The position numbers and the translations under genes were made by a program. From Bacteroidota bacterium (GTDB lineage: Bacteria; Bacteroidota; Bacteroidia; Bacteroidales; Paludibacteraceae): a DNA stretch of 63,399 nt. This document shows, one piece after another, positions 9,661-19,569 of the stretch (positions within the stretch are counted from its first letter, which is position 1; each line of letters starts with the position of its first letter). The DNA is taken from contig JBGXXV010000080.1 in the NCBI GenBank assembly GCA_041814825.1, forward strand, positions 1 to 63,399, written 5' to 3'. The notes under the pieces were generated by a model. That model saw only the letters and a program-made list of their open reading frames with translations. It did no database searches and had not been told where the DNA came from.

Positions 9661-10692
9661 ATGAATGTAAAAGCGATTACAGAGGAGATTATAAACAAAG
9701 CCTTAGAAATAGGTTTTTCGGCATGTGGAGTAACTGATACAGAACCTCTTTATGCCGAAGCCGAACATCTTAAAAATTGGCTTCAACTTGGTTATAACGG
9801 TACGATGAAATATATGGAAAATTATTTCGACAAACGTCAAAATCCCTCTCTTTTGATAGAAAATTCAAAATCTGTCATCGTTGTTTTGCTAAACTATAAA
9901 CCGTCAAAGATAATTCCGACAGACAAACCACAAGTATCAAAATACGCCTACGGCACAGATTATCATTTTGTAATTAAAAACAGACTGACACAACTACTAC
10001 AACGGATACAAAAAGAGATTGTACCCTGTCGGGGTATTGCTTTTGTGGATTCGGCTCCTGTATTGGAAAAAGCCTTAGCCGTAAAAGCCGGTCTGGGTTG
10101 GATAGGTAAAAATTCTCTTTTAATCAATAAGCAATATGGTTCTATGACGTTTATAGGTACTCTTTTCGTAGATATACCCCTGTATTATAATCGGGTGTGG
10201 CAAAAAGACGGGTGCGGCAATTGCAGTAAATGTATGGAGATATGTCCGACTAAAGCCATAGTAGCTCCAAGAATAATCAATGCTCAAAGATGTATTTCAT
10301 ATCTGAACAAAACACATAAAGGCGAAATATCCGAAAACCTCAGACCCCTGATAGGCAATCGTATTTGGGGGTGTGATGCTTGTATAGACGTATGTCCTTA
10401 TAATCAAAAAACACCTTCGCACACAATACCCGAACTTATGCCGAAAGAAGAAATTTTTAGTATTGACCTGCAAAAAGTTTCCAAACGACAACTCAAAAAA
10501 ATTGATTATGCGAAAACCCGAAGCCAATCAGTCCGGAACGGGGTCGTAGCCATGTCCTCCCCACGGGTTGCAACGCAAAATTCTTTTGATTGCCAAAAAG
10601 CCTCCTTTGAATATACCGTGTTTCAGAATGGCTTCTATCGTATATTGCGAACAGGTAGGTACAAATCTGCAACTCGACGGCAACATAGGTGA
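9661..10692 (+). CDS. queG: tRNA epoxyqueuosine(34) reductase (C-terminus atypical, overlaps yidD)
   Basis: [39 protein letters not shown] and [12 protein letters not shown] Fe-S motifs. Confidence 0.92.
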   Translation: MNVKAITEEIINKALEIGFSACGVTDTEPLYAEAEHLKNWLQLGYNGTMKYMENYFDKRQNPSLLIENSKSVIVVLLNYKPSKIIPTDKPQVSKYAYGTDYHFVIKNRLTQLLQRIQKEIVPCRGIAFVDSAPVLEKALAVKAGLGWIGKNSLLINKQYGSMTFIGTLFVDIPLYYNRVWQKDGCGNCSKCMEICPTKAIVAPRIINAQRCISYLNKTHKGEISENLRPLIGNRIWGCDACIDVCPYNQKTPSHTIPELMPKEEIFSIDLQKVSKRQLKKIDYAKTRSQSVRNGVVAMSSPRVATQNSFDCQKASFEYTVFQNGFYRILRTGRYKSATRRQHR

Positions 10693-10761
10693 AATAGCCT
10701 TTTGATAGAATATTACGGGCAGAATAAAAATTTTACGAATTATTTCAACAATTGTTTTCAT
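10528..10761 (-). CDS. yidD: Membrane protein insertion efficiency factor
   Basis: [17 protein letters not shown] and [17 protein letters not shown] motifs. Confidence 0.96.
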   Translation of the reverse strand: MKTIVEIIRKIFILPVIFYQKAISPMLPSSCRFVPTCSQYTIEAILKHGIFKGGFLAIKRILRCNPWGGHGYDPVPD

Positions 10762-11149
10762 TGAGTATCTCTGTCAAAATGTTTATAATTTTTATCATTC
10801 TCTCCTCCACCGACACAAAGCTAATTCTTTCGCAGCAAGTTATCGAAATAGCCATATCAAGTCCCGACCCTCTATTTTCGACACACTCCACAAGCGACGT
10901 TTTATTAAGACGATAAGCCTCACGAAGAAGACGCTTGTAACGATTTCTATCTACTGCACGCTTAAAGTATTTTTTTGGTACGGCAAAAAGTACTCTAATC
11001 TGTCGATGAGCAGGTGTCGGCAGATAGACAGCCAACAGAGGCTGTTCCGCAATCTTTTTACCACTCTCATACAGCCGAGCAATGTTGTTTCTACCCACGA
11101 GATGTTCCGATTTTGGCAATCCGTATCTCTTTTTGTATATTTGCTCCAA
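10745..11149 (-). CDS. rnpA: Ribonuclease P protein component
   Basis: LPKSEHL and [27 protein letters not shown] (RNR motif); adjacent to yidD. Confidence 0.92.
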   Translation of the reverse strand: MEQIYKKRYGLPKSEHLVGRNNIARLYESGKKIAEQPLLAVYLPTPAHRQIRVLFAVPKKYFKRAVDRNRYKRLLREAYRLNKTSLVECVENRGSGLDMAISITCCERISFVSVEERMIKIINILTEILNENNC

Positions 11150-11285
11150 AACACTTGAATTTTTTACGATTACAAAATTACATTTTTTTTATAAACCTGT
11201 CTAAACTTTTTTAAGCAAAAGTTTCAAGAGAAAATTAGCGACTCTGTTTTACACAACCCGCAAACAATCAATGAATTTCAGACAA

Positions 11286-11329
11286 ATAAAAAAACATACA
11301 ACGTTAATATCATTGTATGTTTTTTTATT
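11286..11329 (-). terminator. Terminator after the OmpA-family operon
   Basis: AAAAAAACATACAA/TTGTATGTTTTTTT inverted repeat. Confidence 0.6.
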
Positions 11330-11346
11330 ATTACAGTTTCAAAATA

Positions 11347-13830
11347 TTAGTTTTCTTCCTTAACAAGTTTTTCGAAAACTACGGTAAATTCGACTCTACG
11401 ATTTTGTGCACGTCCCTTAGCCGTACTATTTGTAGCAACAGGTTGTGTCTCGCCATATCCTTTCGACTGTAAACGATTGGCATCTACACCTTTATCTATC
11501 AAATATTGACGAACGGCAGCAGCACGTCTGTCCGACAAATCCAGATTATAATCGTCATTGCCCTGACTGTCTGTATGACCTGCTATAATAAGGTTGTAAT
11601 CGGGATTATTATTCATTATATCCACAACCAAATTCAATACACCGAATGAAACCGGTTTGATAGTAGCTTTGCCTGTATCGAACTGTATGCCGTGAAGTGC
11701 TTGTTTGAATACTTTAAGCACCTCTTTCTTTACCTCAGGACAACCTTTATTTGAAGCTACTCCTTTGACCGTAGGACATTCGTCTTTATAGTCCAATACA
11801 CCGTCTCCATCGGTATCTTTTGGACAGCCGTCTTCATCGACAAAACCGATTATCTCTTTCGGAGTATTAGGACACTTGTCTTTATAGTCGGGGACTCCGT
11901 CGCCATCAGAGTCTTTGGGACAACCATCGACATCGACAGGAACACCGTAAGGAGTGCCGGGACATTTATCCTTATCGTCGGTAACACCATCGCCGTCTCT
12001 ATCGACAGGGCAACCATCGACATCAACTTGAACGCCACGCGGAGTATCCGGACATCTATCCAAATAATCGGGGACTCCATCTTCGTCACTGTCTATCGGA
12101 CACCCTTTGGTATCGACCTGTACTCCTTCGGGAGTAGCGGGACATTTATCCAGATAGTCATAAACCCCGTCTTTATCCTCATCAAACGGACAGCCATTTT
12201 CGTCAACAGGTACATTCATAGGCGTATTGGGGCACTTATCGTAACAATCGGCTACACCGTCTTTGTCTTCGTCCAATGTACAGCCGTCTTTATCGACAAA
12301 TTCGGTGCGTTTTTTGTCGGGACACTTTGCCATCAGCATATCAATATCCGTATTGGGACATTTGTCTTTACGATTACGAACGCCGTCTCTGTCTTTGTCC
12401 GAAGAGGCTTTATCAAAATAATAAACCATTCCTGTCTGAATATTAAATCTGCTATTGCGATAAGGAACCGGAATATTTTTGATATCTGCACTTACACTGT
12501 TATTGTTGATAAAATTGGCATTTTCCAACTTTACCATACTAAAAGGTATATAATCAGATGCCAAATATATATTTACCGGACCGGCTTGTACGCTTATACC
12601 CAATCCGATAGTATTAGACCTGGCATTAAATAAGGTATGTGTCAAATAGGCTTTGAACCAATCGGCAGGACGCACATTGACCCCCAATGTAAGCTCCTGC
12701 ATTATCTTACCATAATTTACACGAGTATTGGATAGAGCAGCAAAAGATAGCATATTATCGAGAATACCATACTCTACTCCAAAATTGGCAGTAGTGGTAA
12801 TTCTCTGATTTATACTTTCGGCTACCCCCTGCGATTTCTTTAAATTAACAGACTTATCCAAATTTGTGGCAATTTCATCAAACAAAGTACGTATAGGATT
12901 TTCGTCATTGGGGTCGAATTTATATTTTGCCTCATCAAACAAATAATCTCCATTAGCACTTATTGTGGCAATATTTTCGGTTCTATTCCAACTAATAAAG
13001 CCCAAGTCAGTAATAGCAGCCGAAATCACAAGATTTTCTATCGGTTCGAAAGTTACCCCCAAATCAATAGCCGCCCCTATACCCTGAGGCTTCATCAAAT
13101 CGCCCGATGTGCCCGTAGTAGTGGTATTGTTTGAGGAATTGTTCCTTATATACGATGTCATTGCATACATCTCACCGTCTGCCGACAGCTTCCATTGATT
13201 TTTTGGAGTATAAATATCAAAACGATTAATTTTCGAATGAATTCCCGCAAAGCCTACCAATCCTTTAAGTTTGGCTCCAATAGTCCATTGGTCGCTAAGT
13301 TTGCGAATATATCCCACTCCCAATTCGCCATACATATAGCTCTCTATCGAAAAATCTTTCAGGTCGAAATGAGACGTATAATTTGCTCCATACAGCATAG
13401 CCCGAAAAAAATCTTTCGGCACAAACATATAAGCATCTGCTTTGAGAGCCAAATCGAATGTCAGATAATTGACCTCATCAAATCTAAATCCACCATTCAA
13501 TATATTGAAAGCGATTCGTGTGTCAAAAACATTATTCTTTGTGAACCTTTTATAATAAGCATCTGCATACTGCAAAGGAGCATAAGAAGTAACCCACTGT
13601 CCGTTCCTTTTCAGCCGAAAGTCTCTTAATGTCAGAGAGTTGTTGCCCGCCTCAAAATATACGGTCGGGAAAATAGGCACCTCGAAAAACCAAGCCGCAT
13701 TTGGCATAAAAGCAGGATTCATTTGATGCCTTAATGCCACATCTTCCATAAAATATAGCGTATTCGGTTGAGCCTTGATACCCAAGGCTACAACCAAAGA
13801 CACTGACAATACCATTAATATTTTTTTCAT
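11347..13830 (-). CDS. Outer-membrane protein: DUF5723-like N-terminal barrel + thrombospondin type-3 repeats + OmpA C-terminal domain (paralog 2)
   Basis: Signal peptide; MNPAF motif; multiple D.DGDGV.D..DKCP.TP repeats; AGHTDSQG..NLDLSDRRAAAV..GYGETQP..NRRVEF. Confidence 0.88.
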   Translation of the reverse strand: MKKILMVLSVSLVVALGIKAQPNTLYFMEDVALRHQMNPAFMPNAAWFFEVPIFPTVYFEAGNNSLTLRDFRLKRNGQWVTSYAPLQYADAYYKRFTKNNVFDTRIAFNILNGGFRFDEVNYLTFDLALKADAYMFVPKDFFRAMLYGANYTSHFDLKDFSIESYMYGELGVGYIRKLSDQWTIGAKLKGLVGFAGIHSKINRFDIYTPKNQWKLSADGEMYAMTSYIRNNSSNNTTTTGTSGDLMKPQGIGAAIDLGVTFEPIENLVISAAITDLGFISWNRTENIATISANGDYLFDEAKYKFDPNDENPIRTLFDEIATNLDKSVNLKKSQGVAESINQRITTTANFGVEYGILDNMLSFAALSNTRVNYGKIMQELTLGVNVRPADWFKAYLTHTLFNARSNTIGLGISVQAGPVNIYLASDYIPFSMVKLENANFINNNSVSADIKNIPVPYRNSRFNIQTGMVYYFDKASSDKDRDGVRNRKDKCPNTDIDMLMAKCPDKKRTEFVDKDGCTLDEDKDGVADCYDKCPNTPMNVPVDENGCPFDEDKDGVYDYLDKCPATPEGVQVDTKGCPIDSDEDGVPDYLDRCPDTPRGVQVDVDGCPVDRDGDGVTDDKDKCPGTPYGVPVDVDGCPKDSDGDGVPDYKDKCPNTPKEIIGFVDEDGCPKDTDGDGVLDYKDECPTVKGVASNKGCPEVKKEVLKVFKQALHGIQFDTGKATIKPVSFGVLNLVVDIMNNNPDYNLIIAGHTDSQGNDDYNLDLSDRRAAAVRQYLIDKGVDANRLQSKGYGETQPVATNSTAKGRAQNRRVEFTVVFEKLVKEEN

Positions 13831-13867
13831 ATTCAGTAATACGTTTATAAATTGATATATAAGTACG

Positions 13868-16342
13868 TTATTTATCTTCTTCTACAAGTTTCTCAAATAC
13901 AACCGTAAACTCTACACGACGGTTTTGAGCACGTCCCTTAGCAGTAGCATTGGTAGCTACAGGTCGGGTCTCACCATAACCTTTCGATTGCAGACGGTCG
14001 GCACTTACGCCATTGTTTATCAAATACTGACGAACGGCAGCGGCACGTTTTTCGGACAAATTCATATTATAATCGTCATTACCTTGACTGTCGGTATGAC
14101 CTGCTATTATAAGGTTATAGTCAGGATTATTCTTCATTATGTCCACAATGAGTTTCAATACGCCGAACGAAACCGGTTTGATAGTAGATTTAGCCGTATC
14201 GAACTGTATGCCGTGAAGAGCCTGTTTGAATACTTTAAGCACCTCTTTCTTAACCGGCGGACATCCTTTGTTTTCGGGTACTCCTTTGATAGTAGGACAC
14301 TCGTCTTTGTAGTCAAGTATGCCGTCGCCGTCGGTATCTTTAGGACAACCGTGTTCGTCGACAAAACCTATAATCTCTTTCGGGGTATTAGGACATTTGT
14401 CTTTGTAGTCGGGCACTCCGTCGCCGTCCGAGTCTTTGGGGCAACCATCTATATCTACGGCAACTCCCTGTGGCGTATCGGGACATTTGTCCTTATCGTC
14501 GGTAACGCCATCTCCATCGCTATCGAGCGGACAACCATCGGCATCAACCCGAACTCCCTGAGGTGTTCCCGGACATTTATCCAAATAGTCGGGTACTCCG
14601 TCGCCGTCGCTATCGAGCGGACAGCCGTCGCCATCTACCGTTACACCTTCGGGTGTGTCCGGACATAGGTCTAAGTAGTCATATACACCGTCTTTGTCTT
14701 GGTCAAGCGGACAACCGTGTTCGTCAACAGCTACATTTATCTGTGTATTGGGACACTTGTCGTAACAATCAGCTACGCCGTCTTTGTCTTCATCAAGAGT
14801 ACAACCGTCTTTATCAACGAACTCTGTACGTTTTTTGTCGGGACACATAGCCATCAACTTCTTAATATCCGTATCGGGACATTTGTCTCTACTGTTGCTA
14901 ACCCCGTCTCTATCTCTATCCGACGAGTTTTTGCCGAACGAGAAAATCAATCCTGCCTGAACATTATATCTGTTGTTTCTATAAGGTAGTGAGATTCTCT
15001 CAACAGTAGCTCTTGTATTGGCATCTGCTATAAGAGTTTCCGTGTTTTGTAATCTTACGTAACTAAGAGGTATAAAGTCAGAAATCAAGAACATATTGAC
15101 AGGACCCAACTGAATATTTACGCCTGCACCAATACTTGAAGAGAATCTACCCGCATAAGTATGAGACAAATATGCCTTAAACCAGTTGGCGGGACGAAAG
15201 TTTACACCCAATGTAAATTCGGGCATAACCTTATCGTAGTTCATACGAATATTACCAAGAGCGGCAAACGATATTTTATTGTTAAGAATACCGTACTCGG
15301 CACCCACATTAACGGCAGTAGTAAGTCTTTGGTTGATACGACTGTTTGTGCCGAGTGAGGTAGTGTATCGTACCGAGTCTCTCATATTATCCCACAATTT
15401 ATTGAAATTATCTCTCAATGAGTCTGCTGTATAATTGTGCTTAAACTCTACCCCTTCAAAAGAGAAACTACCGTTAACATTTAAATTGGCTACATTGTTT
15501 TTGTTCCAACTTATAAAACCGAGGTCTGTAACAGCTGCCGAAAGAGTAAGGTTTTCAATCGGTTTGAAAGTAGCACCGAGGTCTATTGCTGCTCCATAGC
15601 CGTTGGGGTTTACCATCTGTCGCCAGTCTGATGTATCGAAATTGAAAGAGCCGTTGGCATTTCGAGTCATACCCGGAGCCATCACATACATATTGGCTTT
15701 GGCATCAACATTCCAACGCTGACCGGAGGCGTACAGACTCATATTGTCTATATCGGTATGAATACCTGCAAAGCCTACAAGTCCTTTGATTTTCAGACCG
15801 GCAGTCCATTTGTCGTTAAACTTGCGACTATATCCCAATGCAAGTTCGCCATACAACATAGCTTCTGCTCCTGTCTTTTTAAAGTCAAAAGAATCCTCTT
15901 CGCCCGTACCGAACAGCAACAGACGAGTCAAGTCGCGAGGTGTATATATCGACGACTCTGCCTTTACCGACATATCGAACGAGAAATAGTTGACATAATT
16001 TACTCTAAATCCGAAATTGATTAGGTTGATGGCAAAACGCATATCGGTGTTCATATTGCTGCCGATACGTTTATAAAGCTGTTCGATTGATTGCTGGGGG
16101 CTGAAAGCGGTCGTCCACGTATTGTTTTGTTTGAAAACAAAATCCCTTAACATTAAAGCACTATTACCTATTTCGAAATAGTAACTCGGCAAGCCTATAT
16201 ACCAAGCCGAAGTAGGCATAAATGCAGGATTCATCGAGTGCCTCAAAGGCACATCTTCCATAAAATAGAGTGTATTGGTCTGGGCTTTGATACCACCCAA
16301 AACAGCAAACAGAACTATAAATGCTAATATTATCTTTTTCAT
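13868..16342 (-). CDS. Outer-membrane protein: DUF5723-like N-terminal barrel + thrombospondin type-3 repeats + OmpA C-terminal domain (paralog 1)
   Basis: Same architecture as the neighbouring gene; AGHTDSQG..LSEKRAAAV..GYGETRP..NRRVEF. Confidence 0.88.
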   Translation of the reverse strand: MKKIILAFIVLFAVLGGIKAQTNTLYFMEDVPLRHSMNPAFMPTSAWYIGLPSYYFEIGNSALMLRDFVFKQNNTWTTAFSPQQSIEQLYKRIGSNMNTDMRFAINLINFGFRVNYVNYFSFDMSVKAESSIYTPRDLTRLLLFGTGEEDSFDFKKTGAEAMLYGELALGYSRKFNDKWTAGLKIKGLVGFAGIHTDIDNMSLYASGQRWNVDAKANMYVMAPGMTRNANGSFNFDTSDWRQMVNPNGYGAAIDLGATFKPIENLTLSAAVTDLGFISWNKNNVANLNVNGSFSFEGVEFKHNYTADSLRDNFNKLWDNMRDSVRYTTSLGTNSRINQRLTTAVNVGAEYGILNNKISFAALGNIRMNYDKVMPEFTLGVNFRPANWFKAYLSHTYAGRFSSSIGAGVNIQLGPVNMFLISDFIPLSYVRLQNTETLIADANTRATVERISLPYRNNRYNVQAGLIFSFGKNSSDRDRDGVSNSRDKCPDTDIKKLMAMCPDKKRTEFVDKDGCTLDEDKDGVADCYDKCPNTQINVAVDEHGCPLDQDKDGVYDYLDLCPDTPEGVTVDGDGCPLDSDGDGVPDYLDKCPGTPQGVRVDADGCPLDSDGDGVTDDKDKCPDTPQGVAVDIDGCPKDSDGDGVPDYKDKCPNTPKEIIGFVDEHGCPKDTDGDGILDYKDECPTIKGVPENKGCPPVKKEVLKVFKQALHGIQFDTAKSTIKPVSFGVLKLIVDIMKNNPDYNLIIAGHTDSQGNDDYNMNLSEKRAAAVRQYLINNGVSADRLQSKGYGETRPVATNATAKGRAQNRRVEFTVVFEKLVEEDK

Positions 16343-16352
16343 GTTGTTCTAC

Positions 16353-18086
16353 TTATTTATTTAATAATGTGTCCAAATTTGTATTATAAGATGCTTTACC
16401 AAATAGAGATACAACCACTTTTATCCAGTCCGTTGCTCTTATATTTATCTGATTGTTTGCTGTTTTGCCTTTGACAGTATATTCAATCACTATTTTATCA
16501 GTCTTTCTTACGTTATTGATATTTTCGCGGTCAAGAGCGATTACCAAAGAGCTTTCTGCCTCTTTTTGGGCAAATCCATTGGTATCGACATCCGGGCATT
16601 TGATTTCTACACTATTCAATGTGTAAACCTCCGTATTTTGATTGTCTAAGAAACGAACTTTTGCTATGCCATACATAGGAGTATGGTTTTTGAAATCGAT
16701 GTTCAACTGAAGTTTATCGATATCAATATTTACATCTTGAAGCAAAGAGTCGAGTTTAACATTAGCGATTGTATCCAGAGAGACAAACTCACTACCTTGG
16801 TCGAAATGAAAAGGAAGTTTCAAATCAACATCCATTTTCATATAAGCAGGGCGTACGATAAAATGTTGAATATTGTTTGTAAAGTCGCTTTGTGCTACAT
16901 TATGGTCGATCAAAACACTAAAATTATACGCAAACTTGCTTGGCTTTTTGATAGTGAAAAACTGGTTTGTACCGCCATACGTTCTGTTACATTCAATATT
17001 TGTAATTCCTTCCGTACCTATATTTGCCGAACGGTTGATTTTTTCCGTTGTAGATGTGTTACCGTTGAAGTTGGCTCTGATAGTTTGACCTGCTCCGTTG
17101 CTACACTCTATATTGTTCACATTCAGAAGCATAGGAACACCAATATTGTTTCTCACAGTAAACGTAAGAATAGGATTATAGAAATACAATTTATCGTTGT
17201 CGAGCAATTTTGAGTTCGATATATTCTGCGGAATACGTTGCTCAAACACATAATCTTGTGCTATCGGAGTAGAGTGATTCAGCCAACCTTTTGCGACAGA
17301 AACCACAGTATTTGAAAACTCCACAGTTGTCTCAACATCTGCATTTGAAGCCAGGTTGATTGTACTGCCCGAAGGACATATCAAAGTGTAATCCATATCT
17401 ACATTTACTTTCGACTTTGGTCTGTGATTGCTCAAAAAGTCTATTTCAACATCATTAAGAGTCCACTCCTGCTGTTTGTTATTGGCATCAATGTCCATAG
17501 TAAAAGTTCTATTTGCCAAAGCTGCTATTTGTGGGAACTTAAAGGTAACTCTTATCTTGGCACCGTTTGCCGAAAGACCTGTAATACCGGTAGTGGCTGT
17601 ACTAACTTTAAGTGTGGTACTTTTGATATTAACATAATCGACTCTACGTACCAAATTGCCTCCTTCGTAAGCATCAAAAGCAAAATCGAACTCTCCGTTT
17701 TTGATACTTGTCAATTGAGAGTTGATTGTGCTGACATTAGTATTATTTACCGTAGTCGGCAATACAACCGAGCCAAGCTGATTCTTAAACGGATAGCTAT
17801 TTTTGGAGGCAATACTCAAATCAACCGACAAAAACTCTTTTACAGGAAACGAGTATGAGTCCGAAAAATGATAGTAGATTATATTTTTAGTCTCGTCTGC
17901 AACAAAATTTGTATCTTTTAGGGTTTCAAACAGTTCAGACGCAGTTAGAGTAGAATACCCGACGGGCACTACAAGAGATGTTCCATACTTAATATCTTTA
18001 TCCATATTTCGATAATCCATTTTCTCCACACAAGAGAAAAGCGAAAGTATAAATATTGATAATGCAATAAATTTAATTTTATTCAT
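16353..18086 (-). CDS. Large beta-rich lipoprotein of unknown function
   Basis: 577-aa ORF; lipobox LFSC; Asn/Thr/Val-rich; 10-bp gap to the downstream barrel gene. Confidence 0.8.
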   Translation of the reverse strand: MNKIKFIALSIFILSLFSCVEKMDYRNMDKDIKYGTSLVVPVGYSTLTASELFETLKDTNFVADETKNIIYYHFSDSYSFPVKEFLSVDLSIASKNSYPFKNQLGSVVLPTTVNNTNVSTINSQLTSIKNGEFDFAFDAYEGGNLVRRVDYVNIKSTTLKVSTATTGITGLSANGAKIRVTFKFPQIAALANRTFTMDIDANNKQQEWTLNDVEIDFLSNHRPKSKVNVDMDYTLICPSGSTINLASNADVETTVEFSNTVVSVAKGWLNHSTPIAQDYVFEQRIPQNISNSKLLDNDKLYFYNPILTFTVRNNIGVPMLLNVNNIECSNGAGQTIRANFNGNTSTTEKINRSANIGTEGITNIECNRTYGGTNQFFTIKKPSKFAYNFSVLIDHNVAQSDFTNNIQHFIVRPAYMKMDVDLKLPFHFDQGSEFVSLDTIANVKLDSLLQDVNIDIDKLQLNIDFKNHTPMYGIAKVRFLDNQNTEVYTLNSVEIKCPDVDTNGFAQKEAESSLVIALDRENINNVRKTDKIVIEYTVKGKTANNQINIRATDWIKVVVSLFGKASYNTNLDTLLNK

Positions 18087-18141
18087 ACACTTTCAAATCA
18101 TTAATGTTATTTAAATATTTACATATTAATTTTATTTAATA

Positions 18142-18603
18142 TTATTTTTCTTTTATCACTTCGATACCGATACGCTCAATACCTTCAAGGACATCTATCC
18201 GCATAAGATGCCCAAATCTAAAAATATAGTTGCCTTTGGCAGGAAATTTTACTTTTTGTTTCCAAATAAGTTGATTGTCATAACCCGAACCAAACCCCTT
18301 GCCTCTCCATTTGCCTTGCTCGTCGAGCAAAAAGACATTAACGGTATCGACCTTTATCGGCAGTCCGTTATGCTCTTGTACAGCCGACAGCCAAAGATTT
18401 TGACGAGGAAACATATCGTTGTTTCGGATAAGCAGGTCTATTTCATATAGTGCCTCTGCATCGTCTATCTCTACATTAAAAGCAAAAAACTTATCTTTAG
18501 CCCATACCGCACTTGGCACTTCTGTATAGTCGCTAAATACAACCCTACTATCACACGCAGAAAGGGATATAATAAATATAAGCCCAAATACTGTTTTTTT
18601 CAT
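18142..18603 (-). CDS. gldH: Gliding-motility-associated lipoprotein GldH family
   Basis: Lipobox LSAC; RNN..FP.QNLWL, DT....L.DE.GKWRGKG and H.MR...LEGI..IGI motifs. Confidence 0.85.
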   Translation of the reverse strand: MKKTVFGLIFIISLSACDSRVVFSDYTEVPSAVWAKDKFFAFNVEIDDAEALYEIDLLIRNNDMFPRQNLWLSAVQEHNGLPIKVDTVNVFLLDEQGKWRGKGFGSGYDNQLIWKQKVKFPAKGNYIFRFGHLMRIDVLEGIERIGIEVIKEK

Positions 18604-18777
18604 AACTTTATCATATTTGTTACAAACACAATCTTCTATATATCAATAAATTACTATTTGTTACATTAAAATTGTAAAATTAAACAAAATTATACTTTTT
18701 TTACACAAATACAACTAAAATATAGGAAAATAATTAATTTTGCAATAAAAATAATCGTAATTATTAAAATACTATCA

Positions 18778-19512
18778 ATGGGAAACAGAGTGTCGAACAT
18801 AATACACAAAGCATATAGAGAGGGCAAAAAACTCTTTGCCGTGCTTATCGACCCCGAAAAATGCCGAGACACAAAACTCGTATCATTCGTAGAGCTAATA
18901 AATGAGGCAAAACCTGACCTTATATTCATTGGAGGCTCACAGCTAAAAGAGTCGATAGACAATGCGGTAATATATATCAAACAACACTCAACAATACCTG
19001 TAGTATTATTCATCGGCAATGCAATACAGTTTAGCCCTAATGCCGATGCTATATTGTTTCTGTCGCTTATTTCGGGACGAAACCCCGATTTGCTCATAGG
19101 GCAACATGTCGCATCGGCTAAATCCATTAAACAATCGGGCATAGAGACTATCGCCACAGGCTATATATTAGTAAATGGCGGTATGGCAACTTCGGTTGAG
19201 AAGATATCCAAAACATCTTCGCTATCGGACTCTTCCGAGATAGTAAGTACCGCTATTGCAGGCGAAATGTTGGGACAGCATTTGCTTTATCTTGAAGCAG
19301 GAAGCGGAGCCCAACACCCCGTAAAACACACCATCATATCCGAAGTACGAGCTAATGTGGATATACCTCTAATAGTAGGAGGCGGGCTTCGGAATACAGA
19401 TATGATAAAAGAGGCTCTACTGGCAGGAGCCGATATAATAGTGGTAGGCAATCATCTCGAACAACATCCCGAAGACCTCACAGCCTTTGTAAAAGCCGTA
19501 AAAGAGTTCTGA
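18778..19512 (+). CDS. Geranylgeranylglyceryl/heptaprenylglyceryl phosphate synthase family protein
   Basis: AVLIDPEK, IGGS, SLISGRNPDLLIGQH, YLEAGSGA and PLIVGGGLR motifs. Confidence 0.9.
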   Translation: MGNRVSNIIHKAYREGKKLFAVLIDPEKCRDTKLVSFVELINEAKPDLIFIGGSQLKESIDNAVIYIKQHSTIPVVLFIGNAIQFSPNADAILFLSLISGRNPDLLIGQHVASAKSIKQSGIETIATGYILVNGGMATSVEKISKTSSLSDSSEIVSTAIAGEMLGQHLLYLEAGSGAQHPVKHTIISEVRANVDIPLIVGGGLRNTDMIKEALLAGADIIVVGNHLEQHPEDLTAFVKAVKEF

Positions 19513-19569
19513 GACCTCCGCTTTTCGGATTAAAAATATTAATTTTGTGGTCTAAAAAATGGATATAAT

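Noticed and set aside
11790-14930. Periodic nucleotide repeats (e.g. GGACATTT..TC, CCGTCGCC) that could suggest a CRISPR or DGR-type array
   Set aside because: They are in-frame TSP3 coding repeats with synonymous variation; no cas or reverse transcriptase gene is present
18614-18665. TATTTGTTACA direct repeat upstream of gldH
   Set aside because: Two 11-mers in very AT-rich DNA are too weak to call without comparative data
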